DNA of 64,000 nucleotides from Rhizodiscina lignyota (Eukaryota): NCBI GenBank assembly GCA_010015805.1, contig ML978126.1, positions 1,984,001 to 2,048,000 of the forward strand, read 5' to 3'. Shown piece by piece: positions 62,373 to 64,000 of this stretch (position 1 is its first letter; each line of letters starts with the position of its first letter). The notes under the pieces were generated by a model. It saw only the letters and a program-made list of their open reading frames with translations, ran no database searches and was not told where the DNA came from. The position numbers and the translations under genes were made by a program.

Positions 62373-63326
62373 ATGGCGCCAAGCACAAACGCCAGCAACG
62401 GTGACTCTACAAAGAAGCAATGGCGCCAACCCGCAGCGGTTCTTCGCGAGATGTTGCAGGACCCTGAAAAGATAGTGGTGTGCCCAGGTGTTCTAGATGG
62501 CTTCACGGCCCGGATTGCACTCGATGTGGGATTCGACGCACTCTACATGACCGGTGCGGGAACAGCAGCGTGTCGTCTAGGAGCTCCTGATTTCGGCATC
62601 ATCAATATGACCGAGATGGCTGCAAACGCTAGCATGATTGCGAACTTGGACGACCGTGTTCCTCTCATCGCAGACGCCGATACTGGATTTGGCTCGTCGC
62701 TATCAGTCCGCCGGATGGTGAGGACGTATATTGATGGAAACGTCGCGGCTTTCCACATTGAAGACCAAGCGTTTATGAAGCGCTGCGGCCATCTTCGAAA
62801 CAAGGAACTCGTGTCTTTGGACCAGTACTTGACCCGAATCCGTGCCGCAAGTATGGCTCGCGCAGAGTCGGGTCGGGATATCGTCATCATTGCCCGAACC
62901 GACGCGCTGCAATCACTTGGGTTCGACGAGGCAATCCGTAGGCTCAAGGCAGTCTATGAGGCTGGAGCCGACGTGGCATTCATCGACGGCCTCTTGTCAA
63001 AGGAACAGGCTAAAGAAATGGTCAAAAGGCTCGCGCCTATGCCATGCCTCCTCAACATCGTTCATGGTGGAGTTACTCCCCCTATGACGGCGCAAGAGGC
63101 TAAAGAATACGGTTTCAAGATTGTCATCTGGTCAATCTTGTCCATGGCGGAAATCTACAATGCGACCCACAGGGCGATGACCGAGCTGCGAGACACTGGA
63201 TTTCTCAAGCAAAGGGAAGACGGTACAGGGGGTATTGAGGACGTGTTCCGCGTGTGCGGAATCAACGAGAGCGCTGAATTCGATGCCGAGGCTGGAGGAG
63301 AAAGTTTTAAAGGCGGCTTTTTCTGA
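62373..63326 (+). CDS. PEP mutase/isocitrate lyase superfamily; oxaloacetate acetylhydrolase/dimethylmalate lyase-like
   Basis: LYMTGAGT, IADADTGFG, HIEDQ, KRCGHL and IIARTDALQ; intronless. Confidence 0.92.
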   Translation: MAPSTNASNGDSTKKQWRQPAAVLREMLQDPEKIVVCPGVLDGFTARIALDVGFDALYMTGAGTAACRLGAPDFGIINMTEMAANASMIANLDDRVPLIADADTGFGSSLSVRRMVRTYIDGNVAAFHIEDQAFMKRCGHLRNKELVSLDQYLTRIRAASMARAESGRDIVIIARTDALQSLGFDEAIRRLKAVYEAGADVAFIDGLLSKEQAKEMVKRLAPMPCLLNIVHGGVTPPMTAQEAKEYGFKIVIWSILSMAEIYNATHRAMTELRDTGFLKQREDGTGGIEDVFRVCGINESAEFDAEAGGESFKGGFF

Positions 63327-63469
63327 GTGTATCGTTGAGCCGCTGGCCAGGTGCTTCGTCCCCAGTCTGAAACAAATACATAGAACCAGAAATCATCATC
63401 TAATTGGCGGTATCTCAATACATTGTGCACCCAGAAAAGTTCCAGAAATGTCACGAGCCTAGCAACCAA

Positions 63470-64000
63470 TAGGCATTGTATTAAGAAGAGGTCTAGCTAA
63501 AGAAGAAGAAAGAGAATTCTATAGAATGTCCTCAAGGTATACTCGGCTGCTGTCAAGCAACTCCAACTTACGTAATGTGGAATTCCGTGCAGCTTTCCAG
63601 GGCTAGGTGAAGGCCAGGGCTATTATACTACCCCCTTTTCTTTTAGGTTTTAGAGCGACGTACCTTTCTCTCTTTCAAGATGTTCGGCCTTCTTGGTTTT
63701 TTGCTAATAGGCACTTTAAGAGCTGTAGTGGAGGAGTCCTATAATGCTATAATATGAGGCTCCCGTAGCCTAGGCGGCGACGCCTTGACGCGGCGACGCG
63801 ATCGTAACTTTCAAGGAAGACAGCGTTACTAGGGTTCAGAAAGGGTCGTAGCAGGTGGCTTGCATAAGACTACAATGAAAGTCGACTCTGTGAGGATATC
63901 TGAGTTGCTTCAAGTCAAAGTACCTATGGTTTTTCTCGTCACGTAGTGGCTTTTGCGACATAATGAGGGAACTTACTGCTCGCATTTCAAATTAAAACAA
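63470..64000. mobile_element. Possible RIP-degraded repeat or transposon relic
   Basis: TpA/TAG-rich by eye, no ORF, and contains the copy of the 60489 repeat with C>T and G>A differences. Confidence 0.35.

Overview
Intron-rich genomic DNA from a filamentous ascomycete (GT-AG introns with CTRAC branch points), containing about 25 genes. The left ~18 kb is accessory. It holds the edge of a tailoring/catabolic cluster (NAD-dependent epimerase, AsaB/NvfI-like Fe/2OG enzyme, CYP57-like P450, Dal5-type MFS), a large secreted S/T/C-rich protein, an FAD/NAD(P) oxidoreductase, a CAP59-type mannosyltransferase and an ankyrin pseudogene. The middle (18-60 kb) is mostly housekeeping: eIF2-gamma, INSIG, GH5-like hydrolase, bL34m, RPA14-like, STE24, URA6, eIF3m, ADE17, a CAMK-like kinase, an amino acid permease, PRP39, a SAM-PH protein and Pro1/NosA. 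The right end is a divergent SDR plus oxaloacetate-hydrolase-like pair. Top leads: (1) the secreted protein carries a Kex2-flanked domain with the CNF1-type GC-x14-H deamidase signature; (2) three copies of a ZafA-like motif lie upstream of the flavoenzyme; (3) a diverged inverted repeat brackets the SDR/OAH pair; (4) the long PRP39 intron has a stop-introducing alternative acceptor. All calls come from reading the sequence, with no database searches, and exon boundaries are manual predictions.
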